61,239 nt of DNA, taken from contig JAPDIX010000038.1 of NCBI GenBank assembly GCA_029259345.1, positions 1 to 61,239 on the forward strand, read 5' to 3'. Below the pieces are notes generated by a model. It was not told the DNA's origin. It searched no databases and was given only the letters and a program-made list of their open reading frames with translations. The position numbers and the translations under genes are program-made. Shown piece after piece: positions 1 through 9,644 of the stretch; positions within the stretch are counted from its first letter, which is position 1; every line of letters starts with the position of its first letter. This DNA comes from Archaeoglobi archaeon (GTDB taxonomy: Archaea; Halobacteriota; Archaeoglobi; Archaeoglobales; Archaeoglobaceae).

Positions 1-181
1 GGTGAAAAAGGAGCTTTTCGAGAAAATCAGAGAGGAGATTAAAAGGGCAAATCCATCAACTGTTGATGAGCTGAAGACCATTCTGGAGAAATACAGTTTG
101 GGAGAGAGCGCGATTCCTGCATTTGGATTCAGGATAATGTGGATAGGGCTTGGTGAGGCGAAACTGGAAAAGGTTGATTAG
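1..181 (+). CDS. 3' end of a CDS entering from the left edge (possibly DUF790 family)
   Basis: Frame 2 is open from base 2 to TAG at 179-181 (VKKELFEKIREEIKRANP...FGFRIMWIGLGEAKLEKVD*). The family guess rests only on the C-terminal pattern. Confidence 0.5.
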   Translation, partial: VKKELFEKIREEIKRANPSTVDELKTILEKYSLGESAIPAFGFRIMWIGLGEAKLEKVD

Positions 182-188
182 CGTTTAG

Positions 189-1952
189 CTACTTTTCCTT
201 TAACCGTTTACTTATCAACTGTTTCACAGCCAAGAATATTGCAGAAAATATCGCGGTGAACATGATCACCTTTATGTAGTCGATTGTAATCCCTTGTTCT
301 GACGTTGTTTGAACATTCGACTCAGCCTGAGTGACGGTGGTTGTAGTTACAGGAGTGACAGTAGTTGTGGTAACCGCGGTGGTTGTGGTTGTAGCGTATT
401 CCGTTTTTTCTGCAAGAGTGGATTCAGCCGGGGTGATTTCATTAGACTCTTTTGTAGCCTCTTCTTCAACAGCAGTCACTTCTTCCGACACCGTCAGATA
501 GGCTCTGTAAGTTTTGAGGTTTAGCTGCTCTCCATCCGAGCTATAGACTTTTGCATCATGTATGTTCAGAGCAACTACTCCCGGCTTTTTCGTCCGGAGT
601 GTTAATGTAGCAAGGGTTAAGTTTTTGCCGATCTCCGTCTCATTACCAAATTTAGCTGCATGTAGCATTGCATAGCTCGTGGACACGTAACGGTCTATTG
701 TGGATGCCCAATCTGGAAGTTCAACAGAAACTATCTCTGCAACGTTCTCTGACATTGCAAGAGATACTGAAAATTTGTAGGAACTGACTCTTTTTGAATC
801 AGCGGTGATGTTAAAGCTAACCGTTGAATTGGGTGGCACTTCATAGCTTCGCGGGTTGAAGTGTAATCTAACGTACTCTGCCTCATCTTCACTCCCGCTA
901 GTCAGCCATATTTCTTTTTTAACGAGCATATCATCATGTGCCTGCAGAATTTTTGAGTAGTAGTAGTTTGGGTCAAGATCATAGTAATCTACTGCAAGTG
1001 ATTTTGCAGAGATTGTAGTTGTCAGGCTGGTGTCTCTAACGTAAATCGCATACTTCCCCTCGCTAAGTACCGCACTTTCGAATTGGACAGCAGCTCTTCC
1101 GTCCTCGTCGAGATATGCTTTCTTTGCCACAACATAGTTCGTACCCACCAATGTCACCAGAATACCATCATAGCCATAATCGTAAACCCTATTGCTCTCT
1201 ATTCTTACCACAATTGGGTTTCCTAAGATAATCTCATCTGAAACATCCACATTTAGTGTAGGTTTTGAAATCTGCACAACAACAGACCTCGAATCCCAAA
1301 CCTTTCCACCAAACTTCAGAAGAACATCCATAAGATATTCCCCTGGCTGTATAACGTCAGAGATGTCGTGACTGAGCTCGTAACCTTGTCTAAGGTTCAG
1401 GTCTATGTTCACCTCATATATCGTATCATCAACTTTATTTGCAACCTCCAGATTTTTAACTGCAACCACATCGGTATTTTTGGCCAGAATTCTAATCCCC
1501 AAAAAAGTTTCACTGGGGTTTGCAGTTTCTAGTGTTGCTCTTATTCTTGTTTTCCCTTGATAAACCAGTTCAGGGATTTCGAGGTTTAATATCTTAGGTT
1601 TGACAACCTCAAACTCCTCAAAATACTCAATTGGCTCTGTATCATTAACCAGTACTTTCACAAGACAAGTTCCGTCCTTCCAGTTTTCTGGAATCTCAAA
1701 TATCCATTCAGTTGTTCCGCATGTCGAAGTTAGACTTTCTCCTTCACCCTCGCAGAGCTTGTATGCATTTTCCTGACATACTACCAGAATTTCAAAGGGT
1801 TTGTTTGTCGCTTCGTCAATTGAAACATAAATTCTTACAGAGTCACCAAGATTGACAAAATCTTTGTCAATGTAGATATTCACGGCTCCCTCTGTAGGGA
1901 TGATCACTGCTATAGCTGTAAGAATGAGCGCCAATGGCGCCAGTGATTTCAT
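189..1952 (-). CDS. Secreted, C-terminally anchored surface protein with cohesin-like domain and Thr-rich linker
   Basis: ATG at 1952 gives signal peptide MKSLAPLALILTAIAVIIPTEGA. Ig-like beta-rich domains, a cohesin-like segment (LHFNPRSYEVPPNSTVSFNI...LATLTLRTKKPG), a poly-Thr stalk, then a TM helix and basic tail. Confidence 0.75.
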   Translation of the reverse strand: MKSLAPLALILTAIAVIIPTEGAVNIYIDKDFVNLGDSVRIYVSIDEATNKPFEILVVCQENAYKLCEGEGESLTSTCGTTEWIFEIPENWKDGTCLVKVLVNDTEPIEYFEEFEVVKPKILNLEIPELVYQGKTRIRATLETANPSETFLGIRILAKNTDVVAVKNLEVANKVDDTIYEVNIDLNLRQGYELSHDISDVIQPGEYLMDVLLKFGGKVWDSRSVVVQISKPTLNVDVSDEIILGNPIVVRIESNRVYDYGYDGILVTLVGTNYVVAKKAYLDEDGRAAVQFESAVLSEGKYAIYVRDTSLTTTISAKSLAVDYYDLDPNYYYSKILQAHDDMLVKKEIWLTSGSEDEAEYVRLHFNPRSYEVPPNSTVSFNITADSKRVSSYKFSVSLAMSENVAEIVSVELPDWASTIDRYVSTSYAMLHAAKFGNETEIGKNLTLATLTLRTKKPGVVALNIHDAKVYSSDGEQLNLKTYRAYLTVSEEVTAVEEEATKESNEITPAESTLAEKTEYATTTTTAVTTTTVTPVTTTTVTQAESNVQTTSEQGITIDYIKVIMFTAIFSAIFLAVKQLISKRLKEK

Positions 1953-2017
1953 AAAGAGGGGGAAATTTAAAATAATATTAAATCTAACCTTCAAAAGAGA
2001 AATTACACACTGGCAAA

Positions 2018-3247
2018 TCAGGCGCCAAACTTCTTTGCAATGTTTAGAAGGTCGAAGGCGATGTTCAGCAAATCCATGCCTCTTATCCTGCACAGCCCTC
2101 CCTTGTAGGCTTCGAATTCTGAGAAGCTCTCCACCTCGTCTCTCCTGACATCCTCGTGGACGATGATTACGGGAACGGGATCTGCTGTGTGGTCTTTAAC
2201 CTTAACTGGAGTGGAGTGGTCAGCAGTTACAATGAGGCAGGTTTCTGAGAAGTTGAGGTCGAAAAGGGTTGAAATTCTTTCGTCAAGCTTCTCTATAAAC
2301 TTCCTTTTGCCATCAAAGTCTCCATCATGTCCGAGTTCATCGGTGGCTTTTATGTGTAGTAGAATTACGTCATGGCTTTTAAGGGCATTTTTTGCAGCCC
2401 TGAACTTGGCTTCAAGGTCTGTGTTCTTGTTTCCGGTTGCACCCTCAGGAGTGACAACATCAGCTCCAACGATCTTGCCAACACCCTTTATCAAGGCGGT
2501 GGCTGTTATAACACATAGTTTCAACCCGAACCTCTCTTCAAAGCTGGGAACGTGAGGCATTTTTCCTGCACCTCTCAAGAGGAGGGCGTTTGCTTTTGGA
2601 AGTCCCTTATCAGCCCTCTCTTTGTTTAAAGGGTGCTCATCGAGAACTTCATGAGCTTTCTGCATAAACTCGTTCACAATTTCAGCCAACCTCTTAGCCC
2701 CCTCCTCCTCACTCAAGGCCGTGCATTTTTTCACCTTCTTACCCACGGCCTTGGGATCGGTGTCTGAAACTTTTTCTGAGAGGTTTTCTCCCCTGAAAAC
2801 AATAGCTGCTCTATGACCTGTTCCCTTCTCGATCAGAAACTCCACTGGCAGCCTTACTTTATTCCTTATCGCCTCAATAAGCTCCTCTGTGTTTTCAATC
2901 CTACCTGCCCTTCTGTCCACCACAACCTTGTCGAAGATTTTACCCTCGCCCTCAACAGTAGCAAAGTTTATCCTGAAGGCGATATCACCGGGTTTAACCT
3001 CAATTCCAACACCTGCCGCCTCTATTGGGCCCCTACCAGAGTAATATCTGTAAGGATCGTAACCCAGCAGTGCAAGATGGCTTGTATCACTTCCCGGTCT
3101 GATCCCCGGGGCAATGGTATCCATTATTCCGTTAATTCCCATCTCAGCCAATCTGTCAAAGTTTGGCTTGTTCGCAACGCTTAAAGGAGTTTTTCCGTCA
3201 ACAGGCCTATCAGATAGTCCATCCACGACAACGAGCAGGACTGGCAA
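2018..3247 (-). CDS. apgM: 2,3-bisphosphoglycerate-independent phosphoglycerate mutase (archaeal type)
   Basis: Motifs VVDGLSDRP, PGSDTSHL, DELGHDG, TADHSTP, HTADPVP. TTG start after a G-rich SD. Confidence 0.95.
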   Translation of the reverse strand: MPVLLVVVDGLSDRPVDGKTPLSVANKPNFDRLAEMGINGIMDTIAPGIRPGSDTSHLALLGYDPYRYYSGRGPIEAAGVGIEVKPGDIAFRINFATVEGEGKIFDKVVVDRRAGRIENTEELIEAIRNKVRLPVEFLIEKGTGHRAAIVFRGENLSEKVSDTDPKAVGKKVKKCTALSEEEGAKRLAEIVNEFMQKAHEVLDEHPLNKERADKGLPKANALLLRGAGKMPHVPSFEERFGLKLCVITATALIKGVGKIVGADVVTPEGATGNKNTDLEAKFRAAKNALKSHDVILLHIKATDELGHDGDFDGKRKFIEKLDERISTLFDLNFSETCLIVTADHSTPVKVKDHTADPVPVIIVHEDVRRDEVESFSEFEAYKGGLCRIRGMDLLNIAFDLLNIAKKFGA

Positions 3248-3302
3248 GCTACCCCCCCACAAGTTATTCCATTCGAGATGTGGAGGGGTGAGGGTAATAA
3301 AA

Positions 3303-4769
3303 CTATTCCATCGACTTAAGGTAGCTATCTCTAATTCTCACGAATTCTCTGTAAACATTCTCGTAAAAACGCCTGTTCTCATCAATCGGGTTGACTTCAG
3401 TAAACTCTGGCAGAAAAACATTCAGAACATCTTCAATACCTGCAAAATACTCGCTTCCAGAGGCTGCAAGTATCGCCGCCCCTCTTGCCGTCGCCTCAAC
3501 GTCTGATGAAACCAAACATCTCCTTCCTGTAACATCCGCGAAAATCTGGTTCCAAAGCCCGCTGTTAGCCGCACCACCATCGAGTCTAAGTTCCTCCACT
3601 TCAACACCTATCCTCTCCATAATTTCCACGTTGGTTCTAACTTCAAAAGCTACAGCCTCCATGACAGCTCTCGCTATGTCGCCCCTTGAATGAGCGAGGG
3701 TTAAACCGCAAATTATTCCCCTCGCATTTGACTTCCAGTGTGGACAGCCCGCACCTGAAAAGAACGGGAGTATGAAGAGCCCTCTCGCTCCTATCCCTGA
3801 CTCTTCAGCCTCTGCGTTTACCACTTCATACCCCTCTCCATGGTAAAACGACTTCTTTACCCATGAAAGAAGGCTTCCTGTCGTAAAAATGCTCACTTCG
3901 CCAACGTTCACTCCCGGCAAAACGTGGGAGGAGTAAATGATCTCTCCGTAATCCTTAACACTCTCAACCGGAGCAACCATGAAGGTCCCGGTTCCAGTTG
4001 TAGATTTTACACTGCCCTCCTCAACAACCCCCTGAGCGAGGGCAGAGCATTGCTGATCCCCTCCCCCGGCAACAACAAGCGGCTTGCAATTGATGCCCAG
4101 CTTTTCCGCTATATTTCCCCTTGTCCCCCCAACAAACTCTCCTGAATTCACTAAATCTGGCATTAATGAGAGGTCAAAATCAAAGGCAGATGCTATCTCA
4201 TCCGACCATCTCCTTGACTTTAAATCCATCAGCATAGTCCTCGAAGCGTTGGAGTAGTCGGTAACCACTTCTCCAGTAAGCTTGTAAACAAGGTAATCGT
4301 GAACGAGCATCAATTTCCAGCTTTTTTCGATAACCTCAGGTTGATATCTCATCCACCAAAGTATTTTTGGCAATGAAAAGTACGGATCGGGTTTTAAGCC
4401 TGTAATCCTCGCAACACTTTCTTCTCCAATCTTCTCTCTGACAAGCTCAACCTCCTCAACACACCTCCTGTCCTGCCAGACTATCGCTCTGGTAACAGGT
4501 TCACCGTCTTTACCAACTGGAACCACAGTCTCCCTCTGATTTGCTATAGAGATGGCTGCAATACTATCTTCAGCATTTGCAATTTTAACCGCCTGCCTGC
4601 AAGCGTCTACTACGCTGTTCCACCAGTGTTCCGCGTCTTGCTCAACCCAGCCCGGTTTTGGATAGTATGTCTCAAATTCTGAATAACTTTTTGCAATAAG
4701 ATTGCCTTCCAGATCGTAAACTCCAACATTAACGCCAGTAGTCCCAGCATCTATGCCCAGAAAGTACAT
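3303..4769 (-). CDS. FGGY-family carbohydrate kinase (xylulose/glycerol kinase-like)
   Basis: LGIDAGTT, PGWVEQD, NQRET, WQDRR, DYSNASRT, GDQQ, DGGAANS motifs. Confidence 0.9.
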   Translation of the reverse strand: MYFLGIDAGTTGVNVGVYDLEGNLIAKSYSEFETYYPKPGWVEQDAEHWWNSVVDACRQAVKIANAEDSIAAISIANQRETVVPVGKDGEPVTRAIVWQDRRCVEEVELVREKIGEESVARITGLKPDPYFSLPKILWWMRYQPEVIEKSWKLMLVHDYLVYKLTGEVVTDYSNASRTMLMDLKSRRWSDEIASAFDFDLSLMPDLVNSGEFVGGTRGNIAEKLGINCKPLVVAGGGDQQCSALAQGVVEEGSVKSTTGTGTFMVAPVESVKDYGEIIYSSHVLPGVNVGEVSIFTTGSLLSWVKKSFYHGEGYEVVNAEAEESGIGARGLFILPFFSGAGCPHWKSNARGIICGLTLAHSRGDIARAVMEAVAFEVRTNVEIMERIGVEVEELRLDGGAANSGLWNQIFADVTGRRCLVSSDVEATARGAAILAASGSEYFAGIEDVLNVFLPEFTEVNPIDENRRFYENVYREFVRIRDSYLKSME

Positions 4770-5566
4770 CAAATCACCTCTTCAACCCACCTCAACATGT
4801 CTGATAAAACGATTTCCTTCTCAGTTTCATTGTGAGGTTCATGATAGAACCCGTCGTAAGTTACAAATTTGCAGTATTTTCCTGCCCTCTCAGCAAATCT
4901 TTTGCTTGCCTCGTAAGAGGTTATTTTGTCCGCATTTCCATGAATTAGCAGTATGGGCTTTTTGAGCTTATCTGCATTCATTAACGCCCATTTTCCGGCA
5001 TTCAAGGACTCAAGAATGAATTTGGCGGAAATCTTGTTATGGACAAGCGGGTCGTTAATGTAATTCCTGACAACTTTCTCATCTCTGCTAATGAGTCTCG
5101 GGTCTATACCGTTTGAGAAAGTAAAGGAGGGTGCGATAGCGTTGAAAACTTTCAGGATGAAGTATATTGGTTTAGAAAGATCTTTTGGCAATGCAAGGAA
5201 GGGTGCAGAGATTATCCCACCAGTCAAGTCAGAGCTCCTTCTTAGAAGGAAATTGAGAGTAAGATTTCCACCCATGCTGTGGCCGTAGATAATTTTCGGA
5301 CATTCATAGTTGCAGTTATCGAGGAAAATCTGGATATCATCCATCAGCAAATCATAATCTGCATGCCCCCTCTTCCCCTCTGATCTGCCATGTCCTCTTA
5401 AATCGAAGGCTGCAAAAGAAAAACCGTGCTCGTTGAAGAATTTTGCCACATGCTCGTACCTGCCACAATGCTCACCAAGTCCGTGAACAAGGCAAATTGC
5501 AGCTTTTGGGTTCTCAACATCCCATCTTCTAAAATAAAGGCTTAGACCGTCTTTGGATTTCAACAT
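4769..5566 (-). CDS. Alpha/beta hydrolase, monoacylglycerol lipase/lysophospholipase family
   Basis: HGLGEH, DLRGHGRS, GHSMGG nucleophile elbow, HGNAD, HEPHNE. Confidence 0.9.
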   Translation of the reverse strand: MLKSKDGLSLYFRRWDVENPKAAICLVHGLGEHCGRYEHVAKFFNEHGFSFAAFDLRGHGRSEGKRGHADYDLLMDDIQIFLDNCNYECPKIIYGHSMGGNLTLNFLLRRSSDLTGGIISAPFLALPKDLSKPIYFILKVFNAIAPSFTFSNGIDPRLISRDEKVVRNYINDPLVHNKISAKFILESLNAGKWALMNADKLKKPILLIHGNADKITSYEASKRFAERAGKYCKFVTYDGFYHEPHNETEKEIVLSDMLRWVEEVI

Positions 5567-5570
5567 CGGT

Positions 5571-5891
5571 TTATCCTAAACATAAAAGATTAAAATTTTT
5601 CGCAACCTCTTTGATAAAGAGATAAGCCAGAACTGCTGCTATTATCGAAATTCCAAAATTCCTCGATTTGTAATATGCTAAGGCTGTCAGAATTAGGGCT
5701 AAAAGTCTTACCGAAAGTTCATGAGGTTCGAAAGTGAATGTTGAAGTGACAAACAGAGCAGAGATGATTGATGTCGAAGACAGGGTGAAGAACTCCTTTG
5801 AACTTTCGGAATCTCCGAAATTAAACTTCATTGGCAAGAACCTCATCAGGTAAGTCCCCAGAGCAACGATGAAGATTGCAATCTCAATCAT
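5571..5891 (-). CDS. azlD: AzlD-family branched-chain amino acid exporter small subunit
   Basis: GTYLMRFLP motif; small hydrophobic protein directly downstream of AzlC. Confidence 0.8.
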   Translation of the reverse strand: MIEIAIFIVALGTYLMRFLPMKFNFGDSESSKEFFTLSSTSIISALFVTSTFTFEPHELSVRLLALILTALAYYKSRNFGISIIAAVLAYLFIKEVAKNFNLLCLG

Positions 5892-6519
5892 TTCTCCACC
5901 CCGCAAGTAATGGGCCAGCTATCGCCGCCACAATGATGCCGAGAGAGCTTAAATTTACGAGATGAAAGGCTAAGGCTACAACTCCACCACCAAAAGCCGC
6001 TCTTAGATGTCTTTCCTTCAAATTGGGTAGCAGCAGGACGAGAAAAAGGGCGGAAAGAGAGAAAACGAGGGCTGAGGAAATTCTGTCATCGAGAAGAAAT
6101 GCTGAGCCTGCAAAAACCCCAATGGCTGTCCCTCCCACCCATGCAGAGTAAGCCCCAACCTCAAGCCCAATCAAAAACCTTTCATTCTCCTTCAAATTTA
6201 CAGAGGTTGCAAAAACCTCATCAGTGAGTCCGAAAGCTGAAATGTAGGGCATTCTCAGCCTGTAACTCTTAGAAATAATGGAGCTGTAAACGATATGTCT
6301 TAGATTGAGTAGTAAGGGAACGGGAATTGCGGTAAAGATGGATTTACCACTCAGAGTTATAAGGGCGAACTGGCTTGCCCCGGCAAAGATTAGGATTGAT
6401 GCAAGCAGCGTTTCCAAACTGCTAAAACCGAGATTTTTTGCTACCATTGCAAAGGTAAAGGCCACTGGAAGGTAGGCAAGGACGATAGGGAAGCTGTATG
6501 CCAAGCCCTTCCGGAACAT
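5884..6519 (-). CDS. azlC: AzlC-family branched-chain amino acid exporter permease
   Basis: FAGASQF, LNLRH and LTDEVFA signatures. Confidence 0.9.
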   Translation of the reverse strand: MFRKGLAYSFPIVLAYLPVAFTFAMVAKNLGFSSLETLLASILIFAGASQFALITLSGKSIFTAIPVPLLLNLRHIVYSSIISKSYRLRMPYISAFGLTDEVFATSVNLKENERFLIGLEVGAYSAWVGGTAIGVFAGSAFLLDDRISSALVFSLSALFLVLLLPNLKERHLRAAFGGGVVALAFHLVNLSSLGIIVAAIAGPLLAGWRND

Positions 6520-6595
6520 GCGGTGATTTTATCGTCTGACTTTTTATTCTTTTTGAAGTGAAAATTTTATTAATAATTTTCAACACACAGGAGGC

Positions 6596-7957
6596 GTGAA
6601 GGACGTGCTAATTGTTGGTGCTGGTGTAACTGGTAGCTTTATAGCCAAGGAGCTATCAAAATACAAGCTGGACGTGGTTGTTGTTGAGAGGAAGTCAGGA
6701 GCAGGTTTGGATCAAACAAAGGGGTGTTCTGGAATCATACATCCGCTACAGCTTCCCTTTGGTTCACTGAAGAGCAAGCTGTGCCTTAAGGGAAATGCAA
6801 TGATGGATGAAGAGGCTGATGAACTTGGATTCACCTTCAAAAGGGTTGGGCTAATTCTTGTAGCAACCAACTTCATAACCTTCCTCGCCATACCGCTCAT
6901 TCAGCTATACTTCAAGGTAAATGGGGTTAAATCCGGAAGGTTGAGCAGGAAAAAAATTCTCGAGATGGTGCCCAACATCAGAAGAGATATATGGGGTGGC
7001 TTGTTCTTGCCAACTGCTGGAGTGGTAAATCCAGTGGAGATGACAGCCTGTGCAATGAGATTTGCCAAAGCCAACGGTGTAGAATTCCACTACGATTGTG
7101 AAGTGACAGGCATCGAAAGGAAAGGAGAGGGGTTTGTTGTAAAAACCACAAAGGGTGATTTTGAGGCAAAGTGTGTCATAAACTGTGCTGGTCTGTATGC
7201 CGATGACATCGCGAAAATGGTTGGATATGACATGGAGATAACTCCCGGTAAGGGCACCCACGTAGTTTTTGAGGAGAGGGGTTTTTCCAACCATCTGGTC
7301 GTTGCCATCCCCCTTAAGCCGAACAAGAGGACCAAAGGTGGCGGTGCTCTAATAGGATTTGACGGTAAACCCATTTGGGGCCCGAATCTGATAGATGTTG
7401 ACAGCAAGGAGGACACATCGGTGAAGAAGAGGGAAGTTATGGGAATTATGGAGAAGTTCTCACCGCTATTCAGAAGAAAACCAGAAGGGGTTGTTGCATT
7501 TTATGCTGGTCTAAGGTCAATAGCTGGCAGAGATTTCGTGATCAATCAGCCTGTTGAAGGTTTCATCAACGTTGCTGGAATACAAAGTCCTGGACTGACA
7601 GCAGCTCCAGCCATCGCGGAGATGGTAATAGAGATGCTCTCATCTGTTCTGAAGCTGGAAAGAAAGGAAGAAATCAGAAAACCGGAATGGAGAAGGACTG
7701 CTGAGATGTCGGATGAGGAGCTTAAAGAAGCTATTGCCGAAAATAAGGATTTTGGAGAGATTATATGTGTGTGCAACATGGTAAGCAAGGCAGAAATTCT
7801 GAAGGCTTTGGAAGAGGGTGCATGCTTTGATACTGTTAGACACCTCACATGGGCAGGAATGGATTGCTGCAAGTGTCATGCTGACATCTTTAAGCTGATC
7901 GAGGAACGTGAGGGCAAAGTGAAAAAGGAGATGGAAGGGAGTGAGATCATATGGTAG
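6596..7957 (+). CDS. FAD-dependent oxidoreductase, glycerol-3-phosphate dehydrogenase (GlpA/LhgO)-like, with C-terminal BFD-like [2Fe-2S] domain
   Basis: GAGVTG Rossmann motif, SGIIH, INCAGLYAD, AGIQSPGLTAAPAIA, and IICVCNMV...CCKC. Confidence 0.85.
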   Translation: MKDVLIVGAGVTGSFIAKELSKYKLDVVVVERKSGAGLDQTKGCSGIIHPLQLPFGSLKSKLCLKGNAMMDEEADELGFTFKRVGLILVATNFITFLAIPLIQLYFKVNGVKSGRLSRKKILEMVPNIRRDIWGGLFLPTAGVVNPVEMTACAMRFAKANGVEFHYDCEVTGIERKGEGFVVKTTKGDFEAKCVINCAGLYADDIAKMVGYDMEITPGKGTHVVFEERGFSNHLVVAIPLKPNKRTKGGGALIGFDGKPIWGPNLIDVDSKEDTSVKKREVMGIMEKFSPLFRRKPEGVVAFYAGLRSIAGRDFVINQPVEGFINVAGIQSPGLTAAPAIAEMVIEMLSSVLKLERKEEIRKPEWRRTAEMSDEELKEAIAENKDFGEIICVCNMVSKAEILKALEEGACFDTVRHLTWAGMDCCKCHADIFKLIEEREGKVKKEMEGSEIIW

Positions 7958-8652
7958 CCATAATCGGAGCGGGTTATGCAAGTCTGACGGTTGCAGAAAA
8001 GCTGTTGGAAGAAGGGGTTAAGGCTACAGTTTACGATTTGAAGGGAAAGGGTGGAGAGTTTGCAGTCTTTGCACGAATTGAGGAGCTGAGAGAGCTATAT
8101 GAAAAGTTCATCGAGAGAATAGAGGAGAGTCAAGTTGATGTCGTGAGAGGATTTGTGGCTTCTACTAATCCCTTACGGATAGTATCTGATAGGGGTGTGG
8201 AGAAAAAAGAGGAGAAGGAAGTTTTTGTTTGCACAGGGGCTGTAGACTTGACGCCTGCCGCATCAGAGGTTTACGGTAAAAGACTCGCAGGGATATACAC
8301 CCTTGAAACTGCCATCAGGTTGCTTGCCGATGGTAAGAGAGTTGGAAAGAGAGTTTTGATTCTTTCAAGGAAAGATGAACGAATTGTCAGTGCCATTGAG
8401 AATCATTTGACCAGAAAGGATTACGAAGTGGAAGTTCTGCATTCCGAAGAACCCGTTGAGGTTTACGGGAGCAAAAGAGTTGAGAGGGTAGAGATTGCCG
8501 GAGAGTCAGTTCCCTGCGACACGCTGATTGTCTACGGGGGTAGAAAACCCTTTAACCCGAGAAAACTTGAGGGAATGCTTGTGGGAAACGTTGTAGAGTG
8601 CACATACGACTACGAAAAAGTTTATAGAAATGTTCAGAGGATTATGTTCTGA
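7951..8652 (+). CDS. NAD(P)/FAD-dependent oxidoreductase (partner of GlpA-like enzyme)
   Basis: VAIIGAGYA, VCTGA, G-x-R-x-AGIY. Overlaps the upstream gene. Confidence 0.75.
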   Translation: MVAIIGAGYASLTVAEKLLEEGVKATVYDLKGKGGEFAVFARIEELRELYEKFIERIEESQVDVVRGFVASTNPLRIVSDRGVEKKEEKEVFVCTGAVDLTPAASEVYGKRLAGIYTLETAIRLLADGKRVGKRVLILSRKDERIVSAIENHLTRKDYEVEVLHSEEPVEVYGSKRVERVEIAGESVPCDTLIVYGGRKPFNPRKLEGMLVGNVVECTYDYEKVYRNVQRIMF

Positions 8653-9644
8653 GCATAACCGCAGTTGGGACATTTGGGAGGCTTATCTTTCGTCAGATTT
8701 ATATTGTAGATATAAAATCCTTCCCTTTCAATCAACAGCTCTCCGCAGTTTGGACAGTAGGTATTCTCATATCTGTGCCCCCACACGTTGCCAGCATAGA
8801 CGTATTCAACTCCTACATCCTTTGCAACCTCTACTGCTTCTTCAATTTTCTCCACCGGCGTCCTCGGTTTGTCCAGCATCTTGTAGTCAGGGTGAAATCT
8901 CGAAAAGTGGACGGGAATTCTTTTGCTTATGGAGACAACCCACTCTGCAAAATCCTTCAGCTCCTCTCTGCTGTCGTTTTCTCCGGGAATTATGAGGTAT
9001 GTAAGCTCAAGGAATATTCCCTTCTTGTGCATATACTCAACACTCTCAAGAACTCTGTCAAGCTTTGCTTTGCATATTTTGGAGTAGAATTGTTGATTAA
9101 AGGCCTTCACGTCAACGTTTGCAGCATCCAAGACACCATCAAACTGGTCAATAGCCTCTGGGGTCATGTAGCCGTTTGTAACATAAACAACGTAGTAACC
9201 GGATTCCTTAACAAGTTTTGAGCTATCGAGGGCGAATTCGTGCCAAATGGATGGTTCATTGTATGTCCACGCCACACCATCAGCTCCTCTCTCAATGCAC
9301 ATTCTCAGAACTCTATCAGGGTCAATTTCTCTTATGTAGGCATAATCAAGGTCTGCAAAAGCTATCTCATAGTTCTGACAGTGCAGACAGCGGAAGTTGC
9401 AGCTCACACCCCCAAAGGATAAAACCTTGCTGCCCGGCTTGAAATTGTTTAGGGGTTTCTTCTCAATCGGGTCGAGAGCAATGGATGAAACAATCCCATA
9501 ATTATAAACTTTAAGGACACCTCCATCGTTTTTCCTCACCCTACAAATCCCCCACTTACCATCCTTCAACTTGCATCGGTGCCAGCAGGTGTTGCACCTT
9601 ACCTCTCCATTCAATCTCTCATAGAGGTAAGATTCCACGATCAT
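8634..9644 (-). CDS. AmmeMemoRadiSam-type radical SAM enzyme (PFL-activase-like)
   Basis: CNFRCLHC radical SAM motif, N-terminal C-x2-C-x3-C, DPIEKKPL, TYNEP, C-terminal CPNCG twice. Confidence 0.9.
   Translation of the reverse strand: MIVESYLYERLNGEVRCNTCWHRCKLKDGKWGICRVRKNDGGVLKVYNYGIVSSIALDPIEKKPLNNFKPGSKVLSFGGVSCNFRCLHCQNYEIAFADLDYAYIREIDPDRVLRMCIERGADGVAWTYNEPSIWHEFALDSSKLVKESGYYVVYVTNGYMTPEAIDQFDGVLDAANVDVKAFNQQFYSKICKAKLDRVLESVEYMHKKGIFLELTYLIIPGENDSREELKDFAEWVVSISKRIPVHFSRFHPDYKMLDKPRTPVEKIEEAVEVAKDVGVEYVYAGNVWGHRYENTYCPNCGELLIEREGFYIYNINLTKDKPPKCPNCGYAQNIIL

Noticed and set aside
330-395. GTGGTT/GTAGTT-like repeats
   Set aside because: They simply encode the Thr-rich linker of the surface protein.
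1953-2093. Long N-terminal extensions in the ORF track (also hemL, trpB2, fttA)
   Set aside because: They overlap neighbouring genes or promoters; downstream ATGs fit the signal peptide, TATA spacing and family starts.
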